Under the pieces are notes generated by a model. The model made no database searches and was not told the DNA's origin. It saw only the letters and a program-made list of their open reading frames with translations. A program made the position numbers and the translations under genes. 64,000 nt of DNA from Squalus acanthias (lineage: Eukaryota), in contig CM059425.1 of NCBI GenBank assembly GCA_030390025.1, positions 164,488,001-164,552,000 of the forward strand, in the 5' to 3' direction. This document shows positions 61,755-64,000 of this stretch, piece by piece. How positions within the stretch are numbered: position 1 is the first letter of the stretch; each line of letters starts with the position of its first letter.

Positions 61755-64000
61755 GAATCATAGAGTGGTTACAGCACAGAAGGCGGCCATTCGGCCCGCC
61801 GAGACCGTGCCAGCTCTCTGCAACAGCACTTCAGCTAGTCCCACTCTCCCGCCCTTTTCCCGTAGCCCTGCAATTTTTTATCCTTCAGGTACTTATCCAA
61901 TTCCCTTTTGAAAGCCATGATTGAATCTGCCTCCACCACCCTCTCAGGCAGTGCATTCCAGATCCTAACCACTCGCTGCGTAAAAAGGTTTTTCCTCATG
62001 TTGCCTTTGGTTCTTTTGCCAATCACCTTAAATCTGTGTCCTCTGGTTCTCGACCCTTCTGCCAATGGGAACAGTTTCTCTCTATCTACTCTGTCCAGAC
62101 CCCTCATGATTTTGAACACCTCTATCAAATCTCCTCTAAGGAGAACAACCCCAGCTTCTCCAGTCTATCCACATGACTGAAGTCCCTCATCCCTGGAACC
62201 ATTCTTGTAAATCTTTTCTGCACCCTTTCTGCACCATCCTTCTTAAAGTGCGGTTGAGGCCGAACTAGTGTTTTGTACAGGTTCATCATAATTCCCACGC
62301 CTATGTACTCTATACCTCTATTTATAAAGCCCAGGATCCCATAAGCTTTTTTAAACTTCTTTCTCAACCTGCCCTGCCACCTTCAACGATTTATGCACAT
62401 ATAACCCTAGGTCTCTCTGTTCATGCATCCCCTTTAGGATTGTACCCTTTAGTTTAAATTTCCTGTCTTCATTCTTTCTACCAAAATGTATCACTTCACA
62501 CTTTTCTGCGTTAAATTTCATCTGCCACGTGTCTGCCCATTTCACCAGCCTGTCTATGTCCTCTTGAAGTCTATCACTATCTTCCTCACTGTTCACTATA
62601 CTTCCAAGTTTTGTGTCATCTGCAAATTTTGAAACTGTGCCCTGTATTAATATTTATCAAGAAAAGCAGTGGTCCTGGAACCGACCCCTGGGGAACACCA
62701 CCTTCCTCTAGTCTGAAAAACAACCGTTCACCACTACACTCTGTTTTCTGTCACTTAGCCAGTTTCGTATCCTTGCTGCCACTGTCCCTTTTATTCCATG
62801 GGCTTCAACTTTGCTCACAAGCCTATTATGTGGCAATTTGTCGAATGCCTTTTCAAAACCCATGTACACCACGTCAACCCTCTCTGTTACCTCATCAAAA
62901 AACTCAATCAAGTTGGTTAAACACAATTTGCCTTTAACAAATCTGTGCTGGCTTTCCTTAAGTATTCCACACTTGTCCAAGTGACTGTTAATTTTGTCCC
63001 TGATTATTGTTCCTAAAAGCTTCCCCACTACCGAGGTTAAACTGACTGGCCTGCAGTTGCTGGGTTTATCTTTACACCCTTTTTTGAACAAGGGTGTAAC
63101 ATTTGCAATTCTCCAGTCCTCTGGCACCACCCCCGTTTCTAAGGAGGATTGGAAGATTGTGGCCAGTACCTCCGCGATTTCTTCCTTCAGTTCCCTCAGC
63201 GCCCTAGGATGCATCCCATCTGGTCCTGGTGACTTATCTACTTTAAGTACAGCCAGTCTTTCTAGTGCCTCCTCTTTATCAATTTTAATCCCATCCAGTA
63301 TCTCTTCTACCCCCCTCCTTCACTATGTCTATGGCAGCATCTTCTTCCTTAGTGAAGACAGATGCAAAGTACTCATTTAGTGCCTCAGCCATGCCTTGGT
63401 CCCTAATCAGCCCCACCCCTTCTCTTACTACCCGTTTACTATTTATATGCCTATAGAAGACTTTTGGATTACCTTTTATGTTAGCTGCCATTCTAGTCTC
63501 ATACCTCTCTTTGCCCCTCTTATTTTCTTTTTCACTTCTCCTCTGAACTTTCTATTTTTAGCCTGATTCTCAGATGTATTCTCGACCTGACATCTGTCAT
63601 ACACGCTCTTTTTCTGCTTCATCATACTCTCTATCTCTTTCATCATCCAGGGAACTCTGACTTTAGTTGCCCTACCTTTCCCCCCTAGTGGGAATGTACC
63701 TCGAATGTACCCGAACTATTTCCTCTTTAAAGGCAAGCCATTGTTCTATTACAGTTTTGCCTGCCAATCTTTGATTCCAATTTACGCAGGCCAGATCCGT
63801 TCTCATCCCACTGAAATTGGCCTTCCTCCAATTAAGTATTTTCACTCTAGATTGTTCCCTGTCCTTTTGCATAGCTAATCTAAACCTTATGATACTATGA
63901 TCACTGTTCCCTAAATGTTCCCCTACCTGACACTTGCTCCACTTGACTTACCTCATTCCCCAGAACCAGATCCAGCAATGCCTCATTCCTCGGTGGGCCG
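61755..64000 (-). mobile_element. CR1 LINE (decayed ORF2), runs off the window
   Basis: HPRALRELKEEIAE, RPVSLTSVVG, WQMKFNAEKC, LFTQRVVRIWNALP and 3' tail. Confidence 0.9.

Overview
Vertebrate genomic DNA, very likely from a cartilaginous fish (the repeat content of HER1/CR1-type LINEs, HE1-like V-SINE, SacSINE1-like Deu-SINEs and Penelope elements points to a shark). The minus strand carries the 3' part of ERAP1 (ER aminopeptidase 1): 12 GT-AG exons matching human exons 8-19, 1662 nt that splice into one open frame of 553 aa plus stop at 11735. The window ends inside intron 7. The plus strand at the left edge carries what appear to be the last exons of calpastatin (CAST), tail-to-tail with ERAP1 as in mammals. 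The introns hold many nested transposons: CR1 LINEs (some with an esterase ORF1), L2, RTE, Penelope relics, hAT elements with 8-bp TSDs and several G-ended MITEs with 3-bp ANT TSDs. Most notable are: a LINE family whose 5' end is a tRNA-derived Pol III head running directly into an APE domain with no ORF1; two intact minimal hammerhead ribozyme motifs; a SINE that now supplies the polypyrimidine tract of ERAP1 exon 15; two CR1 insertions 8 bp apart in an older CR1; and a perfect 27-bp minisatellite made of RUNX and E-box motifs. Family names come from my recall of consensus motifs, not from database searches. Repeat boundaries are approximate unless a TIR or TSD is quoted.
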